From Nitrosopumilus sp. (GTDB lineage Archaea; Thermoproteota; Nitrososphaeria; Nitrososphaerales; Nitrosopumilaceae), in NCBI GenBank assembly GCA_965205675.1, contig OZ242186.1, positions 160,001 to 224,000 of the forward strand: a stretch of DNA of 64,000 nucleotides, read 5' to 3'. The notes under the pieces were generated by a model that was given only the letters and a program-made list of their open reading frames with translations, was not told the origin of the DNA and did no database searches. Below, in pieces: positions 20,166 through 30,337 of the stretch; within the stretch, counting starts at the first letter, position 1; each line of letters begins with the position of its first letter. The position numbers and the translations under genes are program-made.

Positions 20166-21044
20166 ATGATTAATAATAAGAAAATCTTCAGCAAACCAGT
20201 TATGAAAAAGATAGTAGTAGGAATTACAGTAGTAGGTAAAGATCGAGGAGGGATTGTAGCTACATTTACAAATTTTGTCTTCTCTAAAGGTGGGAACATT
20301 GAGAAAGTAAATCAAAATGTAATCAAAGATCTTTTTGGTATGTATCTAGAAGCATCATTTTCAAAATTAGTTGATGTTAAAAAATTTGACTTGGATATTC
20401 AAAGTCTAGCAAAAAAAGAAAAGATGGATGTCAGCACTCATCATGAAACTAATTCGCAAAAAAATATTGCAGTACTAGTAACTAAAGAGCCATTATGTCT
20501 TCAAACAATTCTATCTAATGCAAAATCATTGAAAGGAAAAATTTCGGTAATCATTGGTACTGAAAGAACTCTAGAATCACTTGCAAAAAAAGCAAAGATT
20601 CCATTTGTTGCAATAGAAGATCAAGTTCAAGACAAGGCTGAAGAAAAAATTATTCAAATTTGTAAAAAATATAATATTGATTTGATATCACTTGCAAGAT
20701 ATATGAGAATTCTTAGTCCTAACTTTGTTTGGAGATATCCAAATAGAATAATTAACATCCATCCATCATTGTTACCTGCATTTCCAGGTGCTTCTGCATA
20801 TGCACAAGCCTTTGAGAGGGGTACAAAGATTGTAGGTGTTACATCACACTATGTAACTGAAAATTTAGATCAAGGACCGATTATTTTCCAAGACTCTTTC
20901 AAAGTAGATCCAAATGATACATTAGAGAAGATGAAATCTAAAGGACAAAAACTTGAAGCATACACGCTGATAAAAGCGATGAAGATGCATTTAGATAACA
21001 AACTCGAAGTTCGTTGGAGAAAAGTTCATATCAAATCCAAGTGA
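20166..21044 (+). CDS. purU: Formyltetrahydrofolate deformylase (start likely 20202)
   Basis: ACT domain GKDRGGIVA; LARYMRILS, INIHPSLLPAFPGA, LDQGPII. Confidence 0.93.
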   Translation: MINNKKIFSKPVMKKIVVGITVVGKDRGGIVATFTNFVFSKGGNIEKVNQNVIKDLFGMYLEASFSKLVDVKKFDLDIQSLAKKEKMDVSTHHETNSQKNIAVLVTKEPLCLQTILSNAKSLKGKISVIIGTERTLESLAKKAKIPFVAIEDQVQDKAEEKIIQICKKYNIDLISLARYMRILSPNFVWRYPNRIINIHPSLLPAFPGASAYAQAFERGTKIVGVTSHYVTENLDQGPIIFQDSFKVDPNDTLEKMKSKGQKLEAYTLIKAMKMHLDNKLEVRWRKVHIKSK

Positions 21045-21049
21045 ATTAA

Positions 21050-21772
21050 ATGTCAAATATCAAAACTCAGTTTGATCCAATACTTAGAAATTTAATATCA
21101 AAGAAAAAGCAAATTGCAGTAATTCCTGTAGGCTCAATTGAACAGCACGGATCACATTTACCAATATCTACTGATTCAGATATTGTAAGTGAGATAACAA
21201 AAAAAATCTCAGAAAAATATGGATATCTCTTGTTGCCTACACTCAATTACGGAGTGTCATACGAGCATATTCCATTTTTCAATCTAAGCATTAGAGAATC
21301 TACTTTACAAACAGTTCTTACAGACTTGTGTTTGTCTTTACTATCTAATGACATCAAAACAGTTTTTATAATTAATGGACATCACGGCAATCTAAAACCA
21401 ATAAAAAATCTGGATACAAAACTCAAAAAAATCTCAAAAAATAAACTACAAGTATTTTCATTATCTTATTGGCATTTTATGAATAGAGAGTTTGATCATG
21501 CAGGATTTGTAGAAACATCATTGATGCTGGCAATCTCAAAAAATGTCAAAATGAAATTAGCAAAAAAAGGATTAATCACAGATGGAATGACAAAACAAGA
21601 AATTGCTAAACTAGAAAGACTAGCAAATCAATCATTTCCTAAAGCTACCAAAAATGGAATTTGGGGGGATCCTAGAAAAGCTACAAAGAAAGATGGACAA
21701 GTGATTTTAGCCGAAATCGTCAAAAATCTTGGAAAAAAGTGTCAAACTTGCCTTACTGAGTATAGCTCATAG
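21050..21772 (+). CDS. Creatininase-family amidohydrolase
   Basis: PVGSIEQHGSHLP..TD, NGHHGN, DHAG..ETS. Confidence 0.9.
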   Translation: MSNIKTQFDPILRNLISKKKQIAVIPVGSIEQHGSHLPISTDSDIVSEITKKISEKYGYLLLPTLNYGVSYEHIPFFNLSIRESTLQTVLTDLCLSLLSNDIKTVFIINGHHGNLKPIKNLDTKLKKISKNKLQVFSLSYWHFMNREFDHAGFVETSLMLAISKNVKMKLAKKGLITDGMTKQEIAKLERLANQSFPKATKNGIWGDPRKATKKDGQVILAEIVKNLGKKCQTCLTEYSS

Positions 21773-21829
21773 TTTCACCAATGGAAATTTAATATAATCC
21801 CTTGATATCCAAGTCAATAAGTGAAATAG

Positions 21830-22066
21830 ATGTCCGTTGATATGGCAGTAAAAGTATTGGATGAGAGTATCAATCAAGTTGTATTGGTAAAACTCAAAGG
21901 AAATAAGACGATTAGAGGCAATCTTCTTGGTTTTGACCAACACATGAACCTGCTACTCGATTCTTCAGAGGAAATTCCTGCTGAAGGCGATTCTAAGAGC
22001 CTTGGAAGCATTGTAGTCAGAGGAGACAATGTAGTCATGATCTCTCCTCCACCAGCACAAAATTAG
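21830..22066 (+). CDS. Sm-like (LSm/SmAP) RNA-binding protein
   Basis: [14 protein letters not shown] and VRGDNV; adjacent to rpl37e. Confidence 0.95.
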   Translation: MSVDMAVKVLDESINQVVLVKLKGNKTIRGNLLGFDQHMNLLLDSSEEIPAEGDSKSLGSIVVRGDNVVMISPPPAQN

Positions 22067-22076
22067 GTGATTTACA

Positions 22077-22244
22077 ATGACGAAAGGTACAACTTCTATG
22101 GGTGGTTTTACAAAGAAGAAAGTTCATATCAGATGTAGACGATGTGGTAAAAACTCACTTCACAAACGCCATCACCAATGTGCAAGTTGTGGATTCCCAG
22201 AGGCAAAACGCAGAAAATATTCTTGGATTAAATGGTATACATAG
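22077..22244 (+). CDS. rpl37e: 50S ribosomal protein L37e (absent from ORF track)
   Basis: [24 protein letters not shown]. Confidence 0.95.
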   Translation: MTKGTTSMGGFTKKKVHIRCRRCGKNSLHKRHHQCASCGFPEAKRRKYSWIKWYT

Positions 22245-23120
22245 ATGCAAGAAATTATTCTTATTCTTAGTTCACTAGCAGGCGTAGCTACCGCTGCTGT
22301 TGTTCGTAAAATGCCAAAAAATAAAAATCAATTACTTAGTCTTGGTGCCAGCTCACACATCAAAAGTCAAGTTAACTTATTAAAAATTGAAAAAGATATT
22401 CTAACTAAAACTATTTCAAGATTATACCAAGCAGATTCAGAATTTACCAAAATTCAAAAAGATAAATTGTTGTTAAAGTATCAACACCAATTAGGAATTG
22501 TATTAGCTAAGCTAGAAAAACTTGAACAAGCAGCCAACCATCCAGATTTGGGTCCAGTAGGTGATGGTTTGATTACATTAATGGATCAAAAATTATCAAA
22601 ATTAGATGATAGATTATACGAATTATCATCAAAAATGACAACTGTTAAAGATGAAACATCAAAAAATAAAGAACTAGAAATAAAACAAAAACCATCCAAA
22701 GTATTCAACTTTGATAAACCAAAACAAAAAACTGATCTAATTGAAATTCCCACAACAAAACCAAAACGACCGTTTGAACTAACAACACTTACAGATATTT
22801 CAGGAAAAAAACCAAAGTCTTCACTGTTTGAAGAAATAAAACAAGTTACAAAACCAATGCCACAATCAAAAGTAACTCAAACTGAATTAATCAACCCAAA
22901 ACAAGAGATTGATTTTGGAACCATTCAATCAACATTAATTGGAACGAAAACTGGATTCGACAATAACAAAAAAATTGCTAAAATCTCTGAACATAAAGCA
23001 CTTCCCGAACCAATCAAAGAAAAACTAGATACACTAGATGATGATGCAGATGATTTAGACGAAATTAAAGGTAAGATTATGAAAGTTCTATCAAAGCTTG
23101 ATCAAGCAGAGGTAGAATAA
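22245..23120 (+). CDS. Hypothetical coiled-coil protein with N-terminal anchor
   Basis: 291-aa ORF abutting its neighbours in the operon. Confidence 0.7.
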   Translation: MQEIILILSSLAGVATAAVVRKMPKNKNQLLSLGASSHIKSQVNLLKIEKDILTKTISRLYQADSEFTKIQKDKLLLKYQHQLGIVLAKLEKLEQAANHPDLGPVGDGLITLMDQKLSKLDDRLYELSSKMTTVKDETSKNKELEIKQKPSKVFNFDKPKQKTDLIEIPTTKPKRPFELTTLTDISGKKPKSSLFEEIKQVTKPMPQSKVTQTELINPKQEIDFGTIQSTLIGTKTGFDNNKKIAKISEHKALPEPIKEKLDTLDDDADDLDEIKGKIMKVLSKLDQAEVE

Positions 23121-23795
23121 TTGACATTCGATGATGCCGTCAAGGTATTATCAAGTGATGCATTGAAATTTGTTAAAGATGATTATACTGTAGGATTAGG
23201 TAGTGGACGAGCTGCAACTACACTTGTAAAATTACTTGGAAAATTAATTAAACTAAAAGGATATAACATTAGAGGGGTTCCCACATCATTACAAATCAAA
23301 CTAGTTGCAGAAAAAGTAGGTATACCACTAGTAGAAGCTGATCAAGTGCAATACATCGATGTTATCTTTGATGGCGCAGATCAAATTAATTCACAAAAAT
23401 ATGTAATTAAAGGTGGTGGGGGGGCATTATTACGAGAAAATATTCTCTTTAGTCTTGCAAAAAAAGTTGTAGTAATAGCAGATAAAACAAAGTTTGTAAA
23501 AAATTTCAATAGAGCAGTACCAGTAGAAATTCATCCACTTGCACGGAACTCAATTGTAAAATCAATAAACAAATTTGGTGGAGATGCACAGATTCGTTCA
23601 CTGGATAGAGGCTATCCATTTTTTACAGAAAATGGAAATATTATTCTAGATTGTAATTTTGGAATAATAAAAACTCCCAAAGCATTAACTCAAAAAATTA
23701 AACAAACAGCAGGAGTACTAGAATCAGGAATATTCTTGAGAAAACCAGATGTGATTTACAAAGCCAAAGAAAAAGGCAAATTCGATATAATCTAA
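23121..23795 (+). CDS. rpiA: Ribose-5-phosphate isomerase A
   Basis: GLGSG, DGADQ, KGGGGALLRE, TENGNIILD. Confidence 0.95.
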   Translation: MTFDDAVKVLSSDALKFVKDDYTVGLGSGRAATTLVKLLGKLIKLKGYNIRGVPTSLQIKLVAEKVGIPLVEADQVQYIDVIFDGADQINSQKYVIKGGGGALLRENILFSLAKKVVVIADKTKFVKNFNRAVPVEIHPLARNSIVKSINKFGGDAQIRSLDRGYPFFTENGNIILDCNFGIIKTPKALTQKIKQTAGVLESGIFLRKPDVIYKAKEKGKFDII

Positions 23796-24317
23796 AAATC
23801 CATAATATTCTAAATATTCATGTAATGTAGATTAGATGTATTTTGGGAGGGGTCAATATCACTGAGATTCACCTATAAATTAAGGATAAAAATTGATACA
23901 GATCGATGTTAATTATTCTATAGTTGTAGAAGATTTCCCATTCACCAAAACAAGAATTGTAATTACAACTCCAACAGATGTAATCTAAAACACTTCAATC
24001 AAAATTCCATGTCACTAATTCGTCCTTCTTTTCCAGCGATGAAGTTATCAGAAATCCTAGTGATTACTCAAATTGAGAAAGACAATTGTTTCTTCACCCT
24101 ACTAGATCTAACATTGGTGGTAAGTTTTGTGGAATTAATATGATGTGCTCTGATTCAGCCTAAATACAATTACATCACAATCACTATCCACCCAAATTCA
24201 TCCAGATCTGCTACATGACTAGTAAAACAAAGTGGCTTGATTTTTTTTAAATAATAGTTTGATTCATCTAGTCTGTATTATATGAATAAGATATTATAAA
24301 AATAATCATCTTGAAAA

Positions 24318-25709
24318 TTAGTTAATTTTTCTCTCAACTAGTTTACCGTGACCTAATTTTCCAACCACTTCAAAGTCTTCTGCAACTAACTGACCTCTGA
24401 CAAGAGTTTTGACAGGCCAGCCTTTCAGATTTTGCCCTTCATATACAATGTAATCAGAGAATCCACCAAACAATTCTGAAGTAACTATTTTTTCTTTCTT
24501 CAAGTCTAGCATGATAATATCTGCATCAGAATTTTTCTCCAATGTGCCTTTTTGTGGATACATACCAAAGATTTGTGCAGCATTTTGGCTGGTAAATCGA
24601 ACAAACTGTTCCAACGTAATCTTGTTTTGATTGACACCATCATTGAGTAGTATAGGAATTACAGTGCCTATCCCAGGAAAACCTGCGAGAGCACTCCAAA
24701 CATCATCACCATCTAGTTTGAGTTTGAGTTGATTTGCAACATGATCAGTTCCTATTGTATCAATTTGATTATTAGATAAAGCATTCCAAACAGCTTTTTG
24801 GTCATTTTCAGTTCTAATTGGAGGCATAACTTTAGCAAGATAACCTGATTGTTTCTCATAAGATAACGTCAAGTAATGAGGACAGGTTTCAACAAAAATT
24901 TTTGTTCCAAGTTTTTTCTCCTCTTGGATTTGTTTTAGTGCACGCTCTGAACCAATATGGACAAAGTAGATCACACAATCATAATCTCTACCAAACTTGG
25001 ACACTGTTTTGATTGCTTTAGCTTCAAATTCTGGAGAACGGCTAGAAGACCATGCAGATAATCCATCTTGATTTTTTTCTTTTGCTGTTTTAATTCCACA
25101 TCCACAAGACTCATAGTCTTCTGCATGAACTAGTACAGGGCAACCAAGTTTTGCGGCAGTCTTTACGGTCTGCTCAACTATATCATTAGTTACATCCACT
25201 TTAGCTGCAACAAGACTAGAAGAATTTGGTGGCATATCCATGTATACATGACCAATTTCACCACCAAGATTCATGTAAATTTTAAATGATGTTATTCCTT
25301 TGTCAACACATAAATTCATCTCATTGATTTGTTGTGGTGTAAAAATTGAAGCATGTATTGCATAATCAACATAATGATTTTGTGATGCTACATCAAGTTG
25401 AGATTGTAAAGAATTAGAAAAAGGATCTCCTAGTCTAAGCATTCGCATCATTGTGGTAATTCCACCTATAGCTGCTGCATGGGATTCCGTTTTTGCAGCT
25501 TCATTAATTGGAGAATAAACTCCATAGTGAATATGAGTGTCAATGGGTCCAGGAACTGAAACTAGACCTGCGCCATTGATTTTATTATCACATGCAGGAA
25601 CATTAGTACTTAGTCCTACAATTTTTCCCTCATCAATTAGAATATTTTTCTCAACCATTCCTTGAGACAAGATAACATGTGAATTAGTAATTACAGTGTC
25701 ATATGTCAT
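24318..25709 (-). CDS. Cyclic amidohydrolase (dihydroorotase/allantoinase family)
   Basis: IDTHIH, VHAE, ETCPHYL, PPIR, GTDH; substrate not determinable. Confidence 0.88.
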   Translation of the reverse strand: MTYDTVITNSHVILSQGMVEKNILIDEGKIVGLSTNVPACDNKINGAGLVSVPGPIDTHIHYGVYSPINEAAKTESHAAAIGGITTMMRMLRLGDPFSNSLQSQLDVASQNHYVDYAIHASIFTPQQINEMNLCVDKGITSFKIYMNLGGEIGHVYMDMPPNSSSLVAAKVDVTNDIVEQTVKTAAKLGCPVLVHAEDYESCGCGIKTAKEKNQDGLSAWSSSRSPEFEAKAIKTVSKFGRDYDCVIYFVHIGSERALKQIQEEKKLGTKIFVETCPHYLTLSYEKQSGYLAKVMPPIRTENDQKAVWNALSNNQIDTIGTDHVANQLKLKLDGDDVWSALAGFPGIGTVIPILLNDGVNQNKITLEQFVRFTSQNAAQIFGMYPQKGTLEKNSDADIIMLDLKKEKIVTSELFGGFSDYIVYEGQNLKGWPVKTLVRGQLVAEDFEVVGKLGHGKLVERKIN

Positions 25710-25785
25710 CTATGAGTTTTGTATACTTTAGGCTATTATGCGTTGAGAAAATGAATAAAAGAAGAACAAAATGAGGTTAAACTGA

Positions 25786-25860
25786 GGGCCGGTGGTTTAG
25801 GGGTATAATTCCTCGTTCGCAACGAGGATGTCGAGGGTTCGATTCTCTCCCGGTCCACCA
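25786..25860 (+). tRNA. tRNA-Ala(CGC) with encoded CCA
   Basis: Acceptor GGGCCGG/CCGGTCC with G3:U70; anticodon arm CCTCG-TTCGCAA-CGAGG; GTTCGA T-loop. Confidence 0.93.
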
Positions 25861-25969
25861 TTTACTTTACAAAATAATTTAACAAAATTCTAAAAAATTA
25901 CAAAACACGATAATTCCAATCATTATTTATCTAGATCACCATCAATATCATCGTCAGATGTATATTTTC

Positions 25970-26657
25970 TGATCTGGACCCTCCCTAGAATAAGAATAGC
26001 ACCATACATACATTTTTCAGATAATCTAGAAGGTCTACTAACTCACGATAAAGAGTAAATTCATATCATCAAAAAAATCAAGGATTGTATTAGAATCACT
26101 AAACACAAACATTACAACTACAGAATTATGCAGAAAATACAATATTTATCCTCAAATATTTTATTCTTGGAAAGAAAAGGTTGTAGATGGAGGCAAAACT
26201 GTACTTGTATTCAAACCTGATGATGATACGTACAGAACTTTACAAAAGAGAAATGATACTCTAAAAAGAATTGTTGATAAGTTGACCATTGTCACTGACG
26301 ATTTTAAAAAAACATTGGAGGAACACAAAAGATAATCATTACAAAACAATTCATTACACAATTAATTTTGAGAAAGTCATTATTTTGTGTTGGAGTATCT
26401 CACAATAAAATGTATATATAAAATCATTCCACAAGGCACTCAAAGAATATTTGTGGTCATATGGGTTTGAAAACTTTCAATCAGCATGAGTAACAATTAC
26501 AAAAGCATTTGAGGATTACGAACATTGTAGAATTCATTGTGCATATGAATATTTCACACCAAATAAATTTTCAGAGACTTGGGAAATGAAACATAAATGA
26601 AAGCGGATACATGTATGATCATGCAAAAAATATTCTCATTTAACGGAACCCATTTTA
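25970..26657 (+). pseudogene. Degenerate, internally deleted IS3-family element related to the copies at 40164 and 54078
   Basis: Left end TGATCTGGACCC..; orfA KSKF..RIVLESLNTNI..ELCRKYNI; orfB tail RIHCAYEYFTP..WEMK. Confidence 0.8.
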
Positions 26658-27075
26658 TTAGTACTCAAAGAAGCAATTGTAAAACATGGAAAACCTGCAT
26701 CTGTTTTAATTGACCATAATTCCCAATTTTATGCAAATCAATCAAAAGAAAAGAAGTATCACAGTTTGAGATGGAACTGATAGAATTGGAGATAAACCAT
26801 ATCCTTGCAAGAGTGAACTGTCTACATACAAATGGAAAACTAGAGCAATTTCACGGTAAGATCCAAAGAAAGTCAAAAATGGTTTGATGGAGTCGATGAG
26901 TTGGTCCACTGGTACAACCACATAAAGCCACACATGTCACTTGATTGGGACAATCTGAGACCCCTACAAAAGCATATGTAAGAAAGATGCAAAAGAATGA
27001 AACAAAAGTTATTGATGAACAGATAGGAGGAAAATACAATATGAAACAAGGGATGAATTGATTTTGGGATATAAC
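26658..27075 (+). pseudogene. IS481-family transposase C-terminal remnant with right end
   Basis: EAIVKHGKPASVLIDHNSQFYAN, TNGKLEQFH, WYN..KPHMSL across frameshifts; ends GGGATATAACA. Confidence 0.75.
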
Positions 27076-27118
27076 AACATGAATCTCACCCAGAAACTAT
27101 TATACATAAATAAAAAAT

Positions 27119-27487
27119 ATGATCAACATGGAAGGTTTTGACGGTAAAAAAGCTGCACAAGATTATATGTCAAAGCATACTTTAGCATTCTCAACTCCAG
27201 AACTAACTCTAATGAGATTTGCATTTTGGTTAGGAGACTCTGTTCCAGATCCAAAAAATGAAGGTAAAGGAATTCCAAGAATGATGACATATTTGATAGA
27301 ACAAGACTTTGAACCAGTTTTAATTGATGATGAAACATATGTTCCATCAGGGGCAGTAAAAAGTTCAGCAACAGTTGGAAATGCGTACAATGAACAAGTT
27401 CAAAGTGGAAACTTTTGTTCTGAATGTGGAACCAGCCTTTCAGCTACTGCAAAATTCTGTCCAGAATGTGGAACAACACAAGAATAA
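27119..27487 (+). CDS. Zinc-ribbon domain protein
   Basis: C-terminal FCSECG..AKFCPECG. Confidence 0.85.
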   Translation: MINMEGFDGKKAAQDYMSKHTLAFSTPELTLMRFAFWLGDSVPDPKNEGKGIPRMMTYLIEQDFEPVLIDDETYVPSGAVKSSATVGNAYNEQVQSGNFCSECGTSLSATAKFCPECGTTQE

Positions 27488-27512
27488 GAAAATAATTTTT
27501 AAATTACTAATT

Positions 27513-28058
27513 TCATGCCTTTGCACCACACTTTGTGCAGAACTTTGCATTTACTCTAAGTGCTGCACCACAAGAAGAACATCCATTTCCACTTTGTGGT
27601 GGTGGTGTTTGTCTTGGCATTAATGCAGGATCAGGGGATGGTAAAGTTCCAATATCCCCAAATGTTTTGTCTGCAGATACAATTCCGGGTGGACTTCCAC
27701 CTACAGGATTATCTATTGTGCCAGCTCTTGGTGGTTGACCCATACCACCTGTCATCATTCCAGGTTGACCCATACCAGGCATTAGTCCGGGAGATTGGGT
27801 GTTTCCAAAACCAGAACCCATTGATTTTTTTAGTTCAAAGATTACTTTGATGGCCAAAAATTCTAATGCAGAATATGCAACTGTATAATCACCTAATTTT
27901 TGAAAGAATTCTTTATCACTAATTTGGCCTTTCTTGTACATGTTGTTTGTGTCTAAAAATGATTCATAGTATCCTTGGGATTCATCAAACAAACTCTGTA
28001 GTTTGTCAAAGAGCATACCAAGAGTATCTACTTCACCAAGTGACATAATCTCACTCAA
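27513..28058 (-). CDS. Zinc-ribbon domain protein with Gly/Pro/Met-rich linker
   Basis: C-terminal CSSCG..AKFCTKCG. Confidence 0.85.
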   Translation of the reverse strand: MSEIMSLGEVDTLGMLFDKLQSLFDESQGYYESFLDTNNMYKKGQISDKEFFQKLGDYTVAYSALEFLAIKVIFELKKSMGSGFGNTQSPGLMPGMGQPGMMTGGMGQPPRAGTIDNPVGGSPPGIVSADKTFGDIGTLPSPDPALMPRQTPPPQSGNGCSSCGAALRVNAKFCTKCGAKA

Positions 28059-28115
28059 TTTTTGTAATATTAATTACTTTAGAATCAAAAAAGAGGAAGA
28101 AACATATGTTTGAAT

Positions 28116-28442
28116 TTATGCGAGTGCTCTATCAATCATACCTTGATATGATTCTTTAGAAGCTGCGCCCACTTGCTGGCTAACTATCTTACCTTTGTTT
28201 AAGATGATTAAGGTTGGAATACTAAAGACATTGTATTTTGATGCCAATTCGTTGGATTCATCAACATTAACCTTGACAAATTTTACTTTGCCATCATAGT
28301 CAGCTGCTAGTTCTTCAACTACTGGACCTACCATTCTACATGGACCACACCATTCGGCCCAAAAGTCTACAAATACAGGAATGTCAGAATTTATCACGTC
28401 AACTTCCCATGATTTTGCATCTGAAATTTGTGTTACAGCCAT
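28116..28442 (-). CDS. trxA: Thioredoxin
   Basis: VDFWAEWCGPC, SIPT. Confidence 0.95.
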   Translation of the reverse strand: MAVTQISDAKSWEVDVINSDIPVFVDFWAEWCGPCRMVGPVVEELAADYDGKVKFVKVNVDESNELASKYNVFSIPTLIILNKGKIVSQQVGAASKESYQGMIDRALA

Positions 28443-28557
28443 TGTAACATTATTTTATTGAACATACCTAAAAATGTTCACCAAAATCAACATCATATTT
28501 TTTGTTGGATAAATAATTTTGATATATACTTAAATGACGTTTTGGTAAAACTCAACT

Positions 28558-29352
28558 ATGAGTGAAGAACTTAGACTTAAAAAATTAAGAGGATCAGGTG
28601 GCTATGTTATAGCTTCTGTTACTGATGAACAACAAATGAAAGGTAATTTAGGTGGTCCTGACTTATTTTTAGCACCAATTGGCAGACTAGATGCTGAAAA
28701 AATTACTAAACATTTTTGCAATACTTGTGAGAAAGAATTTGAAGGTTCTCCCAAGATAGAATTTGAGAATCCAAACGAAGAAGTTGCAGAAAACCTAATC
28801 CTTACAGAACGAGGTCAATACATTTGTAATTCATGCAATGCATCAATTGCAGAATATAGGGAATTTAAAAAAGAAGATGAAGCAGGAGAAGTTGGAAGTG
28901 CAAAACCATTAGAATCACAAGTTCAGAGTAGACAGCCAGAAATTGCATCACAAAATATACCAGAACCTATAGCTGCATCACAAAATATACCAGAACCTAT
29001 AGCTGCATCACAAAATATACCAGAACCTATAGCTGCATCACAAGAAACTGTTACACAATCAAGTCCAGCAACTTCAATTACTTCAATTGAAGGAAAATTT
29101 GTATTTAATGAAAGTGCAAACAAGATTGGAACTGCAAAACATGTTGGTATTGATTCTACACAATCTATGGTTTTAGTAATTACTAAAGAAGATGGCACAG
29201 AAGGTAGCATGCCATGGACTAGCATTAGGAAAATTGGTGAAGTCGTTCTTTTAGGAAATCCTGAGGTAGTAACACCAAGAAAATGTTCCAACTGTGGATT
29301 TAAAAACAAAGAAGATTCCAAATTCTGTGAAGAATGTGGAACCAAGATCTAA
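28558..29352 (+). CDS. Zinc-ribbon / PRC-barrel-like protein
   Basis: Four CxxC pairs; IRKIGEVVLL PRC-like motif. Confidence 0.75.
   Translation: MSEELRLKKLRGSGGYVIASVTDEQQMKGNLGGPDLFLAPIGRLDAEKITKHFCNTCEKEFEGSPKIEFENPNEEVAENLILTERGQYICNSCNASIAEYREFKKEDEAGEVGSAKPLESQVQSRQPEIASQNIPEPIAASQNIPEPIAASQNIPEPIAASQETVTQSSPATSITSIEGKFVFNESANKIGTAKHVGIDSTQSMVLVITKEDGTEGSMPWTSIRKIGEVVLLGNPEVVTPRKCSNCGFKNKEDSKFCEECGTKI
28945..29043 (+). repeat. Tandem repeat, 3.3 x 30 bp (ASQNIPEPIA)
   Basis: Unit GCATCACAAAATATACCAGAACCTATAGCT. Confidence 0.95.
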
Positions 29353-29395
29353 TAATTAGTAAATTTAATCAATGACACTATAAGCGAGAATATAA

Positions 29396-30160
29396 TTGGC
29401 AAAAAGATCAATCCCCAAAGGAGTAATAAAAGACATTGTAATTGTCGGAGTAGGAGTTTTAGTTATTTGGATTGGCCTGCAAGTAGCATTTGGAACACAA
29501 AATCCATTTTATGTTGTTGCAAGTGGAAGTATGATTCCAGCTTTAGAAGTGTATGATGTTTTGATAGTTTCAGGTCATGTGCCTTTTGAAGATATAGAAG
29601 TAGGCGATATTATCGTGTTTAATCGTCCATCAGATCATAATAGGGTAATAGTACATAGAGTTGCCTCAATACTTGAAGATGAACCTAGAGAACTTAGAAC
29701 AAAAGGAGATGCAAACCCAGCATCAATTCCTGGAACTGACTTTCCAATTACAGAAAAAGAATACATTGGTGAAGTAGCATATACTCTTCCTCAAGTAGGA
29801 TATATCACACAGTTACTAAGACCTCCAATTAACTATATCATAATTGTAATCGTTGTTGGGGTAATGATTGCAAAACAGATGATAAAAAAGAAAAATGAAA
29901 AGGAAGAGTCAGTTATAAACACATCAGATTCAGTTAATCCTGATACTTTAGAGGAACTATCAGATATTGATAAAATTGAGAAAGATTCTGAATATTCAGA
30001 ACATGTTGAAAAATCAACTGGGGATGAATTAAAAGATTCAGAATCTAGAGATATTGCAGAATCATCAGATATTGAAGAAAAAATGGAAGGAATAGAGGAA
30101 TCAATAGAAGATAAGCCAACAAAACCTAAAGATTCAGAAGAAGAAAACAATAATTTTTAA
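29396..30160 (+). CDS. Signal peptidase I (S26B/Sec11-type)
   Basis: VVASGSMIP, GDIIVF, IVHRV, TKGDAN. Confidence 0.93.
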   Translation: MAKRSIPKGVIKDIVIVGVGVLVIWIGLQVAFGTQNPFYVVASGSMIPALEVYDVLIVSGHVPFEDIEVGDIIVFNRPSDHNRVIVHRVASILEDEPRELRTKGDANPASIPGTDFPITEKEYIGEVAYTLPQVGYITQLLRPPINYIIIVIVVGVMIAKQMIKKKNEKEESVINTSDSVNPDTLEELSDIDKIEKDSEYSEHVEKSTGDELKDSESRDIAESSDIEEKMEGIEESIEDKPTKPKDSEEENNNF

Positions 30161-30337
30161 GAATATTCAAGCAAACAGGTTCACATACGCTTATGGCAAG
30201 AGAATGATAGATCGTCCTGTTGACTTGGTAATCTAAATACGTCAAGTTCTCTAAAAAAGGATCCTAAGGAATCAGAAGTTTCAAAAGAGGCATTGTTTAT
30301 CTAATACAAAATATGTGAAATTAAAAAATACTTTTTC

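Noticed and set aside
23800-24310. Possible pseudogene in a 500-bp gap (also 62640-62930 and 17950-18450)
   Set aside because: No consistent frame or recognisable motif
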